Source: a virus
Lineage: Duplodnaviria > Caudoviricetes
IMG/VR virus record: IMGVR_UViG_3300010413_000033
Location: 1-58,951 of that record
Reading direction: 5' to 3' (one strand)
DNA length: 58,951 bases
In this document: one piece after another, positions 39,189 to 48,370 of the stretch
How positions within the stretch are numbered: the stretch's first letter is position 1
How the letters are laid out: each line of letters opens with the position of its first letter
Made by a program: the position numbers and the translations under genes
Notes under the pieces: model-generated
Told to the model about the DNA's origin: nothing
The model's database searches: none
The model's input: the letters and a program-made list of their open reading frames with translations, nothing else

Positions 39189-39698
39189 ATGGAAGAGAGA
39201 ATAAGCGGCATTCGTGGATTTTTCAGAATCAACATCACAGAGGACGACAACGGAAAGGAGAAGATTGTTGGAGACAGCGGCTGGATAGAGAACATCATCA
39301 CAAACGTAGGCGTAGAGAACTTCCTTGCTCGTAGTTTTGCATCGCAGACAGGATCACTCTATGTCAGGTATGTTTCTCTTGGCAGTGGGGCCGCGCCAGC
39401 TAGCGACGCCACTACGCTGCCAAGTGAGGTGGTTATCTCAAGCCGTCGTGTTGAGGTAACTGGCAACTATGCATTTACTCAGCGGTCGGCAAGCAATGGG
39501 ACAGCTACAGTTCAATGGACAGGTACGTTTTCAAGTGGCAATAGTTTCGTTACCACTACGTACAACATTTCGAACATCGGGCTGTTTGACAGTAGCACAG
39601 GTGGGTCTCTGATGGCAGGAAATACATACAATAGTAGTTCCTGCGCCTCAAACCAAAACGTCAATGTGACGTACCAGATCAGGATGTCTTTCGCGTAA
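39189..39698 (+). CDS. Fibre-anchor-like structural protein
   Basis: ENIITNVG, YVSLGSG..PASDATTLPSEV and ISNIGLFDSSTGGSLMA resemble tail-fibre N-terminal/collar domains. Confidence 0.7.
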   Translation: MEERISGIRGFFRINITEDDNGKEKIVGDSGWIENIITNVGVENFLARSFASQTGSLYVRYVSLGSGAAPASDATTLPSEVVISSRRVEVTGNYAFTQRSASNGTATVQWTGTFSSGNSFVTTTYNISNIGLFDSSTGGSLMAGNTYNSSSCASNQNVNVTYQIRMSFA

Positions 39699-39728
39699 TC
39701 TTTTGCTTCAAAGGAGGAGCACTACTTT

Positions 39729-40268
39729 ATGGACTTGGATAAATTGATAAAAGAGAATTCAGGAATTCGATTGGACCTGGGGTGTGGAGAGAATAAGCAG
39801 GAAAATTTTATCGGCATGGACATACGACAACTACCAGGGGTGGACATAGTGCATGATATTGAAAAGTTCCCCTGGCCCTTGCCTGATAGTTGCTGCCATC
39901 TAATAATGTGTAGTCATCTGATAGAGCACATTAAGCCTTGGCTCACCATCTATTTCATGAATGAGTGTTGGCGTATCATGAAAGAGAATGGTGAACTGCT
40001 TATCTCCACACCATATCCAGGTAGTCGCGGCTACTGGCAAGACCCAACACACTGCAACGGATGCAATGAAGCTACGTTCCAGTATTTCGATCATCGTTTC
40101 CCATTGTATCAAATCTATAAGCCGAAACCTTGGGAAGTGCGACAAGGCTTTCCAACATGGCAGAGCAATGGCAATCTTGAGGTGATTTTGAAAAAGATAG
40201 TAGTGCCTGAAGATTTGTCGGTCAATGTAGCGGAAAAAATGGGAGTCAAGGGGGTGATGGGAAAATGA
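39729..40268 (+). CDS. SAM-dependent methyltransferase (type 11-like)
   Basis: RLDLGCG, IGMDI, SHLIEHI, ECWRIMKENG and DPTH. Confidence 0.9.
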   Translation: MDLDKLIKENSGIRLDLGCGENKQENFIGMDIRQLPGVDIVHDIEKFPWPLPDSCCHLIMCSHLIEHIKPWLTIYFMNECWRIMKENGELLISTPYPGSRGYWQDPTHCNGCNEATFQYFDHRFPLYQIYKPKPWEVRQGFPTWQSNGNLEVILKKIVVPEDLSVNVAEKMGVKGVMGK

Positions 40269-41095
40269 ACGAGATACTACAAACAGTCGATATGGGTAAG
40301 AACGTCATAACAAATACGGACCAGCCTACGAAGAGAATCCTTGTGGGCATTCCTATGACCGGACTACTACGTGCGGAGTGGGTACTTGCGCGATACGGGC
40401 AGATCATTCCTTGCAATTGGGCACAAGTGGACTGCCTACAATGGCTTGACAGCTCAAGTCCCATTGGTTTCATGGTGGCGGATGCGCGTAACATCATAGT
40501 GGACATAGCGGTCAAAGACAACTTTGAATGGCTGTACTTCATTGACCACGACACTATCCTTCCTCAAGGCACTACGATACGTCTTAACGAGCGGATGATG
40601 AAGAAAGAAATTCCAATGTGGTCAGGGTTATATTTTACAAAGTCGCGGCCAGCGGAGCCGCTTGTTTATCGTGGACGCGGCAATGGCTACTACGCAGACT
40701 GGCACTTGGGGGATGAGGTTTGGGTGGACGGCATCCCTATGGGCTGCACTATGATTCACTCCAGCATACTACGCTACATGTGGGAGCATAGTGAAGAGTA
40801 TGAAGCAAAGCCTGGGCTGGTAGTTCGCAGGGTCTTTGAGTCTCCGAGAAAGATATGGTACGACCCTGAGAGAAATTCATGGAATGCGTCTTCTGGAACG
40901 GAGGATCTGGAGTTCTGTAGTCGTATCATGAGGGAGGACATTTTCGGCAAGACCGGATGGAAGAAATATAGCGGTGTGCAATACCCATTCATGATAGACA
41001 CATCAATTTTCTGCAAACACATTGATTTTGATGGAACGCAGTACCCTACTATGGGAGAGGAACTACAGTTTGTTAAGCAGGACAACAAACAGTAG
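40265..41095 (+). CDS. Glycosyltransferase, GT2-like
   Basis: VADARNIIV, WLYFIDHD, GCTMIH, TEDLEFC and IDTSIFCKH; paralog of 20888-21616. Confidence 0.85.
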   Translation: MNEILQTVDMGKNVITNTDQPTKRILVGIPMTGLLRAEWVLARYGQIIPCNWAQVDCLQWLDSSSPIGFMVADARNIIVDIAVKDNFEWLYFIDHDTILPQGTTIRLNERMMKKEIPMWSGLYFTKSRPAEPLVYRGRGNGYYADWHLGDEVWVDGIPMGCTMIHSSILRYMWEHSEEYEAKPGLVVRRVFESPRKIWYDPERNSWNASSGTEDLEFCSRIMREDIFGKTGWKKYSGVQYPFMIDTSIFCKHIDFDGTQYPTMGEELQFVKQDNKQ

Positions 41096-41129
41096 TGAAT
41101 GCTAATATCGTTGTACTATGGAGGAAGAG

Positions 41130-41579
41130 ATGAAAAGATTTTTGGTAGTCATCGGGGCTTTGCTGCTCATTGCGTCTTTCGGCACAGCCAGTGCGGAGAC
41201 ATGGCACAGGACAAATCAGGCAACCTTTGCTTGGGATGCGGTCACTACGCTTCAGGATGGCACTACAATACCAGCGAACGACGTAGTGCGCTACAATGTA
41301 TTCATGAAGAACAAACAGACAGGCGTTGAGACACAGGTTTCTGAAAACATACTTGAGACACAGGCAACGATTACCTTTTCTCAAGAAGGTTTCTGGTATT
41401 TGGGCGCACAGGCACTACGCTATGTGTCCGTTGATGGCATGGTTCCTGATACTGAGACTCCTTACACTTCAGAGATTTCATGGTCCAGTGATCCTCTTGT
41501 GTGTTTTGAAGGCGTAGCATTTGGTATTCGTTTTCACGTACCTCCTGGGCAGATCAAGAATTTGCGCGTCACTCAATAG
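41130..41579 (+). CDS. Secreted FN3/Ig-like protein
   Basis: Sec signal MKRFLVVIGALLLIASFGTASA; TFAWDAV..YNVF..PPGQIKNLRV. Confidence 0.7.
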   Translation: MKRFLVVIGALLLIASFGTASAETWHRTNQATFAWDAVTTLQDGTTIPANDVVRYNVFMKNKQTGVETQVSENILETQATITFSQEGFWYLGAQALRYVSVDGMVPDTETPYTSEISWSSDPLVCFEGVAFGIRFHVPPGQIKNLRVTQ

Positions 41580-41588
41580 AGAAGCAAT

Positions 41589-42242
41589 ATGGCGCACTAC
41601 GTTTTTGTTACGGGCCATCACAGGGCAGGGACGCATGAATTTGCCGAGTACCTTGGCAAACAAACCGGACTGCCCTACGTGATGGAAGACCTCTACATGT
41701 TCAATAGTATGGAGATCCTTGACCTACTACTACAAGGAAAAATACGGGGTCGCACCAAAGAGGGGAAACTAGCTAATCGCTACATTCCTGCCTTGGTGGA
41801 AAAGGGCTTCATACTACAGTGTCCAGGGCTGGCCTGTTTCATTCCAAGACTTGCTGAGTTGGGCGACGTTTATTGGTGCTACAGGAATCCAGAGCACATC
41901 GCTACGAGCATGGCAAACGGCGGCTTCAATGACATGCTATGGGGCATTATGAAGTCTTTCCGTAGTGCCTATCCTGATGACCCAATATGGACTACACTTA
42001 AATACAAAGACCGAGAAGATCCGCATGCCGGATTCATCGGCTACGCTTTTCTATTGACAAAGGTGAAGGAGTATTTCTACCATCGCTATTTTGAAGGACT
42101 GGTCAAGAAGAGAGTAGTGCTTGAGGATCAGCCCTACTACATATTTGAGAACACGATCACGGCAAAGCGCCCTGCAAAGCAGAACATGATCAAACGTCTT
42201 GAGAAGGTGAAGAAAGACAATGAAGCTCTGTGCGTTGATTAA
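41589..42242 (+). CDS. Sulfotransferase-like P-loop protein
   Basis: FVTGHHRAGT (5'-PSB-like) and YRNPEHIATSM (3'-PB-like). Confidence 0.6.
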   Translation: MAHYVFVTGHHRAGTHEFAEYLGKQTGLPYVMEDLYMFNSMEILDLLLQGKIRGRTKEGKLANRYIPALVEKGFILQCPGLACFIPRLAELGDVYWCYRNPEHIATSMANGGFNDMLWGIMKSFRSAYPDDPIWTTLKYKDREDPHAGFIGYAFLLTKVKEYFYHRYFEGLVKKRVVLEDQPYYIFENTITAKRPAKQNMIKRLEKVKKDNEALCVD

Positions 42243-42693
42243 AGTCAAATATCATCCAAATCCCGATGGTGGTGGAGCGCAATTTGGCGACGTAGTGTCT
42301 TTTTCAAGGCCAGATCATGTCTTTTCAGAAAAGGAGTTGAAGTATTTTATCCCTATTCCTGTTGACATCAACGTGCCATGTGGCGACAACTACATGAAAG
42401 TAGTTGATGGCGGATATCCAGATTGGAACTGTAGTACCTGTCCTGACAACGACCCTGATGTGTGCGACGTTCAGAAATTTGCCCGTGGTGAATGGAGTGA
42501 AGGGGATGTTGAAAACCCACCAATGCTTTTGAAAAAGCGGCGATACCGGATTCCAATAGACGTAGTTTTAAATTCAACGATGCTTGCCCTTGCGACAAAG
42601 GACGACAAGGACATTGCAGATAGGACGGTGATCATTAATTTTATCGGGACAAACAATCTGCCTAAAACCGTAGTGGTTGATAAGGTGACGTAG
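42220..42693 (+). CDS. Hypothetical protein
   Basis: Overlaps the upstream gene; Cys cluster; KKRRYRI motif. Confidence 0.6.
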   Translation: MKLCALIKVKYHPNPDGGGAQFGDVVSFSRPDHVFSEKELKYFIPIPVDINVPCGDNYMKVVDGGYPDWNCSTCPDNDPDVCDVQKFARGEWSEGDVENPPMLLKKRRYRIPIDVVLNSTMLALATKDDKDIADRTVIINFIGTNNLPKTVVVDKVT

Positions 42694-42695
42694 CG

Positions 42696-44018
42696 ATGGC
42701 GTGGTATGCTGACGTTCTTATAGCCCCAAGTGGTGGCGACTATACCGCATTAAATACGTTTGAAGCGGCCTATGATGGGCTGGATATGTCAGGTACGGAT
42801 GGGGTTCGTGCAAGACTACAAGGCACAGATGGCACCTCTTCAAATTTTATATACTGGGGAGATTGGGTTACTCCACTATCCGAAACTTGCAAGGTCGTAG
42901 TGCAAGCCGACGATGGTTATGAGACTGACGGCTTTGATGGCGACGGCACTACTAATGCAAGAAATGCCAAGACATGGTCTGTATATGGCACTGTTTCGGA
43001 GCCAAACTATTTTGACATTAAGAACATTGAGTTTTACAACTCATCTGTAAGCGGCGTAACATCTCCAGGGATGTGTGGAGTAGTAAGAATTTCAAAATGT
43101 GTTTTTAGAGATAGTGCAATTGCGTTAGGTAGTGTAATTCTCCAAGGGGTGTATTCCGGTGGCACAGCAACAATGTATGTTGGGGGTTGTCTAATAAAGG
43201 ATCAGACAGGCACCTACGGAATGGGCATACGCATTGCTGCTGATAATGTCAACGCTACAATAGTGGCAATCAATAACACTGTCTATGAGTGTCATTACTA
43301 TGGGATCGTAACCACTTATAGTAACCCAACGTTAAATGCCATCAACAACGCCGTTTACAGTTCAACTCATACCGACGTAGCTGGTCTTGATGTAGACACT
43401 ACAAACCTCACTGGCGACGACGCTGACATAGTGAACACGGATGGGGTTGACTGGACTGAACCGAGTACGGACGATTTTACTATTCCAGATACAGATTCTG
43501 CACTATATGAGGCAGGAACAACAGTAGTTGACTCTTGGTTCACGGAACTATGTCCGACCGACTTTGCAGGCACTACATGGAGGACACCTCCGAGTGTTGG
43601 GTGCTTTGAATATGTGTCAGGGGTTTTTGAAATACTATCTACAGAGACCGTAGCAGTCGCGGATTCACTAACGAAAATATTCATGCTTGGTTCTGTTTGC
43701 TGGGGCAATACGGACGAAGGCAATGAGGACATGTATAAGACGTTCACTACATACTGGACTGGAACAGGTTCTGTATCTGGTAGTGGTGATAGTGAAAAAA
43801 TATCCCTGGATGCAGGGGAATACATGGAGTCCGAAACGTGGAACACAGGGGCCGTAGATGTTGAGCTGACTTTGAACAAATATGAAACGGGCCTTGGCTC
43901 TTGTGTAGTGAAGTATAAGACAGGCACAACACAAGCCGATTGCGAAGGTCAGGCATGGGCTACGTATTCAAGCCCGTTTACTAGTGGCGGATGGGTGAAG
44001 GTAAGGATTGAAAATTGA
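42696..44018 (+). CDS. Parallel beta-helix protein with shared 109-aa C-terminal module
   Basis: GGDYTAL start, NNTVY/INNAVY beta-helix repeats and PSVGCFEY cap; module spans 43689-44018. Confidence 0.75.
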   Translation: MAWYADVLIAPSGGDYTALNTFEAAYDGLDMSGTDGVRARLQGTDGTSSNFIYWGDWVTPLSETCKVVVQADDGYETDGFDGDGTTNARNAKTWSVYGTVSEPNYFDIKNIEFYNSSVSGVTSPGMCGVVRISKCVFRDSAIALGSVILQGVYSGGTATMYVGGCLIKDQTGTYGMGIRIAADNVNATIVAINNTVYECHYYGIVTTYSNPTLNAINNAVYSSTHTDVAGLDVDTTNLTGDDADIVNTDGVDWTEPSTDDFTIPDTDSALYEAGTTVVDSWFTELCPTDFAGTTWRTPPSVGCFEYVSGVFEILSTETVAVADSLTKIFMLGSVCWGNTDEGNEDMYKTFTTYWTGTGSVSGSGDSEKISLDAGEYMESETWNTGAVDVELTLNKYETGLGSCVVKYKTGTTQADCEGQAWATYSSPFTSGGWVKVRIEN

Positions 44019-44036
44019 TAGTGAGAGGTATTCACT

Positions 44037-44402
44037 ATGACGATCATGTTTTATGATTCGGCGGAAAGTGATCAATATGTGACCTCAGAGACATGGACTG
44101 AGGTAGTGTCTAAGACAGGAGCACTACGCGGTGGCACTCAGAACTACATATTCCTTTATGCGGAGTATGGTGGTAGTGCTACGAACAGGGAGGTAGGACT
44201 ACGGGCACTCGTAGATGGCACTGAAAGAGGTTTCGATCATCACTTACCGTCGTTGACAAATCAGCCAAAGGCTTTCAGTGTATTTGGTATGCTACAGCCC
44301 AGCGTGGATGGGGATCACACTATCTCGCTTGAAGCTCGCGCATTAGGGTCTCCTCAGACCGTATTGATAAGGCGTATTCGCTTGATGGTCATGCAGACAT
44401 AG
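44037..44402 (+). CDS. Small beta-sandwich structural protein
   Basis: GAGG SD; GDHTISLE-type motif seen in fibre-tip-like domains. Confidence 0.6.
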   Translation: MTIMFYDSAESDQYVTSETWTEVVSKTGALRGGTQNYIFLYAEYGGSATNREVGLRALVDGTERGFDHHLPSLTNQPKAFSVFGMLQPSVDGDHTISLEARALGSPQTVLIRRIRLMVMQT

Positions 44403-44410
44403 GGTAGTAG

Positions 44411-47400
44411 ATGGCCTTATTCACTGAAGCCATAACCGATGTAACTCCTGCCTCTGGTAGTGGATGGACTACAGGGACTTTGTCCTCTGCCTGTGCCAGC
44501 AGGGTCTGTGCCATACTATGTCTGAATACTAACGATGGGGCGGATCTTGGAGTAGGAGTTAGAGCCGTAGGGTCATCTGCTAATAGGGTTGTTACTCTCC
44601 ATGAGGCTGAAGGTGGTGGGTCAACAGCAGTAGTGCTACACGTTGTTGCAAATTCCTCTTACCAGATACAGTTTTATCTTGACCCAACAGGCAACTGGAA
44701 CTATTTTCTGCTTGGCTACTACGACACTACTGTTACCTATACAGAATTACCTACAACAACTCTCAGTCAATCAGTATCTGATGAATGGGGTCAGATAAAC
44801 GATACCATTGAGATAAGTAGGGTTTATGAGGTAGTATGCGTAAATCCTAATACATCGGCTTCAACTTATATTGGGGCAAGAGCGGTAGGGTCATCGCTTG
44901 ATCGTAGGTTTGATCTTCATGAGTCTGAGGGAAGTGGGGGCTTAACTGCTCTAACATCCTATGTCAAGTCTAATGCAAGTGGAAAGATAGAAACATATAA
45001 TGGGAATCATGTTCGGACTTATGGCTATTTTGGTTCCGATATAGATTTTGATGAGCACTTTGATTCTCTGACGTTGACTAGCGATGGTAGTTGGGAACAG
45101 CAAAATCCTGAGTCAGGTTCATCGGGCAAGGTGGCCCTTGTTTGTTGTCTTCACTACAGTCGCAATGCAGAGGATACAATAGGGGCATGTACTACTGGCT
45201 TAGGGAGTAGGTACTACATAGAGCATGAAGCTGAGTCTAATGGATATGTTGGCGCTACGTTTCCGACACAGGTTGGTGGAACGGTAGGCAGTGAATATTT
45301 CTACACATATATTAACGATGCCAGCGACGGTCTTTTTTACAATCTAGGATTTCTGTCCTACTCTGGATCTGCTACTCGTGAAGTCAACATAAATACGGAG
45401 CAGATTACAAACGTAGTTGACTACGCGCCGACGGTCAAGACCAGTGATCCTCAGATCTCCGCACTATTCAACATCTTTGAAGTAACAGACGAGCCTACAG
45501 TACAGGTTCAGGCAGCTTCACCAAGGAACATAAGCGACATTGTAGAAACTACAGGGCTGGAGGACATAGTATTTGCAGAGCTTCCAGATGCGTTGTCCAT
45601 CCCTGCCGTAGTGGACACGATGGAATGGGTTGATGACCCTACGGTTGAATTTGAGGCGCTTGCTCCGTTCGAGATAGACGTTTACGATGAGACCAATATA
45701 CAAGACGTAGTGGCCGACAAAGCCGTTTCCGTTTCGGAGGCGAATGTATATGACGATGTAGCGGTGGATGAATTCTCAGCCACTACGGTTAGCACTTCTG
45801 AGGCAAACGTAAATGAAGAAGTCGCGCTGACAGAATATGTCACCTCCGCTCTGTCCGATCTGAAACTATCCTCCTACGATGAGACCTCCCTTTACGATTC
45901 AGACGCAGCCACTATGGATGCGCTGGACGCTCAGCCCCTACCAGATAGTTTCACAATCGAAGACGTAGTTGATGGCATCTCCATTGAAGAGGCAGCTCCG
46001 CGTGTAGTCGATGTATATGATGAGTTGGCCGTTGAGGATGTAGTAGATAGTGTCTTTGTTTCAGAAGCAACGCCGCGTGTAGTTGATGTCTACGACGAAT
46101 TTCTCACTGAAGACATAGTTGACGACATTTCCGTTTCAGAGATTGGCGTATGCGAAATTGATGTATTTGACGAGATCGGTATTTCTGAAAGCACTACACT
46201 ATCTGTTCAAGACAGCTCTGTAGATGTAGACGACGAGACTGCTTTTGAGGACCAGACAACTACGGAGACAGCCAGCCTTGAGGCCACTACGTATGACGAT
46301 ATGGCCTTTGAGGACTCCACTGATGCGGAGATAGGCACCCTTGAGCTGATCGTCTACGACGATGTAGCGTTTGAAGATGATAGTAGTTGTTCGGCTGGAA
46401 TAGAGTTTGATGCAGCTGGAGATGGAGATGGTTGCAATGGATGTAGTACCCTTTCATGGTCCCACACATGTTCTGGTACTGATAGAATACTAATCGTTGC
46501 CACATGCGACAATAGCACTCTAATTGGGAATTCTAGTGTAAAGTACAATGGCGTAGATCTGAAATTGTTTGGCCGTAGTCAAGGCATAGTCAGTTCAGAA
46601 GTATGGTATCTTGTAAATCCTGACACAGGCACTCATACTGTAGATGTGATACACTCCGCTATCACGGCTGATTTTGTTGGTAATTCTGTAAGCTACACTG
46701 GAGTAAACACCGATTTTCCTTTTGGACATTGGGAGAAAGATAATTCAACAAGCGGCGACCCATCCGTTACTTTGAGTAGTGGTGTTGGTGAAGTAGTTGT
46801 AGATGCTGTCTCTGCTATTAAGGTATCAGGCCAGATAACTCCCGATATAGGACAGACGCTACGCGCTTATGCAGAAGGCTCAGATCCCAACTATGATATA
46901 GGATTTTCTGACAAGCCAGGTGACACCTCAGTTACTATGAGCTGGGATGCTGACGGTTTGTGGTCACAGATGGCTGTATCACTACGTCCTGCTGGTAGTG
47001 GCCCCAGCGATGTTTATATTCATACTCTCGTAGACAATTCAGGATATGATGAACCTTTGGAGCGTGTAGCCATCCTGAGTGCCACTACACTATCCATCGA
47101 TGACCTTGAACTATCAACCTACGACGAATTTCTCACTGAAGACATAGTTGACAATGTTTCTGTTTCAGAGATCGGTATATGTGAAGTCGATGTATTTGAT
47201 GAGGTTGGTCTTTCCGAAAGCACTACACTACTTATCTCCGACCTTGACTCATCCGTAGACGACACTACTGAACTTTCTGACACTGTATCGCTTGAGACTG
47301 AGGCACTACTATTAAGCGTGTCGGATGCTGTTACGTTTGAGGACTCCGCACAGGCTGAAGTGGAAGCCGTAGTTGACAGGGATGTGCAGATATTTGAAGA

Positions 47401-47785
47401 GGTAGTGGTCTCGGACGTAGTAGATGGCATTTCCGTCACTGGAGGGATCATATCAGGCTCAGTTTGCTGGGGCCATTCCACAGGGGTCACACAGGGCAAC
47501 ACAAGGACGTTCACTACATACTGGACTGGAACAGGAACGATCTCAGGTAGTGATGATAGTGAATCAGTGGAGCTTGAATCTGGCGAATACATGGAATCTG
47601 AGATGGTCAACATTGGAGCGATCACTGTAAGACTTCTGCCAAACAGCTACATATCTGGCAAGGGACTACCAGTCATACAGTACAAGACAGGCTCAACGCC
47701 AGAGCTTTGCGACGCGGATTCATGGACTACGTATTCAGTCCCTTTTTCTAGCGACGGCTACATAAGAATAAGGATTGAGAATTAG
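44411..47785 (+). CDS. Large acidic repeat fibre-like protein with ~205-aa globular insert and shared C-terminal module
   Basis: Internally repeated N-terminal domain, Asp/Glu/Ser/Thr/Val repeats, insert ~46397-47017, module 47456-47785. Confidence 0.75.
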   Translation: MALFTEAITDVTPASGSGWTTGTLSSACASRVCAILCLNTNDGADLGVGVRAVGSSANRVVTLHEAEGGGSTAVVLHVVANSSYQIQFYLDPTGNWNYFLLGYYDTTVTYTELPTTTLSQSVSDEWGQINDTIEISRVYEVVCVNPNTSASTYIGARAVGSSLDRRFDLHESEGSGGLTALTSYVKSNASGKIETYNGNHVRTYGYFGSDIDFDEHFDSLTLTSDGSWEQQNPESGSSGKVALVCCLHYSRNAEDTIGACTTGLGSRYYIEHEAESNGYVGATFPTQVGGTVGSEYFYTYINDASDGLFYNLGFLSYSGSATREVNINTEQITNVVDYAPTVKTSDPQISALFNIFEVTDEPTVQVQAASPRNISDIVETTGLEDIVFAELPDALSIPAVVDTMEWVDDPTVEFEALAPFEIDVYDETNIQDVVADKAVSVSEANVYDDVAVDEFSATTVSTSEANVNEEVALTEYVTSALSDLKLSSYDETSLYDSDAATMDALDAQPLPDSFTIEDVVDGISIEEAAPRVVDVYDELAVEDVVDSVFVSEATPRVVDVYDEFLTEDIVDDISVSEIGVCEIDVFDEIGISESTTLSVQDSSVDVDDETAFEDQTTTETASLEATTYDDMAFEDSTDAEIGTLELIVYDDVAFEDDSSCSAGIEFDAAGDGDGCNGCSTLSWSHTCSGTDRILIVATCDNSTLIGNSSVKYNGVDLKLFGRSQGIVSSEVWYLVNPDTGTHTVDVIHSAITADFVGNSVSYTGVNTDFPFGHWEKDNSTSGDPSVTLSSGVGEVVVDAVSAIKVSGQITPDIGQTLRAYAEGSDPNYDIGFSDKPGDTSVTMSWDADGLWSQMAVSLRPAGSGPSDVYIHTLVDNSGYDEPLERVAILSATTLSIDDLELSTYDEFLTEDIVDNVSVSEIGICEVDVFDEVGLSESTTLLISDLDSSVDDTTELSDTVSLETEALLLSVSDAVTFEDSAQAEVEAVVDRDVQIFEEVVVSDVVDGISVTGGIISGSVCWGHSTGVTQGNTRTFTTYWTGTGTISGSDDSESVELESGEYMESEMVNIGAITVRLLPNSYISGKGLPVIQYKTGSTPELCDADSWTTYSVPFSSDGYIRIRIEN

Positions 47786-47794
47786 GAGGGAATC

Positions 47795-48022
47795 GTGGAT
47801 CTTAACTTGACCGACCAGACTACGCTACGGAACACCATTGCACCCAAGGTGCAAGATCTACATGACGCGATGGAACTACGCAAGCAGATATGGGACAGGA
47901 TTTCTTTTGAGAAAAAGAAACAATGGATTGTGTCGGACAAAGACCCAATCATGACATTGGCTTGGCAGACCTATCGGTATTTGAGGGACAACTTTTTTCT
48001 TGATGAGGAACGATATGGCTAA
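47795..48022 (+). CDS. Small hypothetical protein
   Basis: AGGAGG SD. Confidence 0.6.
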   Translation: MDLNLTDQTTLRNTIAPKVQDLHDAMELRKQIWDRISFEKKKQWIVSDKDPIMTLAWQTYRYLRDNFFLDEERYG

Positions 48023-48368
48023 CTACGCATTCACTACTGGAAAGCCCTTGCCTACGGTTGAAAACGGGCACACGTTTGTAGCGGATAATTTCACACAGGC
48101 ATTGCCCCATACTACGATCTTTGAAGGCGTAACGGGCTTGACTTTCAGGAATTGCAATCTGAATAATTGCGACATCCCCGTTGATGCCGTTGAGGAGGGT
48201 TGTGGTCACATTCATCTTACCTTTTGCACAAACATCCATCCTGAATTTATTGGCAAGGGGGTCACTACATGCGATCAGGTTTGTGAACATGTAGTTGATA
48301 CGGACGTAGTGACGATTGATGGAATTCCAGTTGATACCATTTACCACTACAAAAACAAGGCGGTTTAA
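48015..48368 (+). CDS. Hypothetical protein (Cys-containing)
   Basis: NFTQ..P.T.IF.GVTGLTF.NCNL.NC motif; overlaps the upstream stop. Confidence 0.6.
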   Translation: MANYAFTTGKPLPTVENGHTFVADNFTQALPHTTIFEGVTGLTFRNCNLNNCDIPVDAVEEGCGHIHLTFCTNIHPEFIGKGVTTCDQVCEHVVDTDVVTIDGIPVDTIYHYKNKAV

Positions 48369-48370
48369 TA

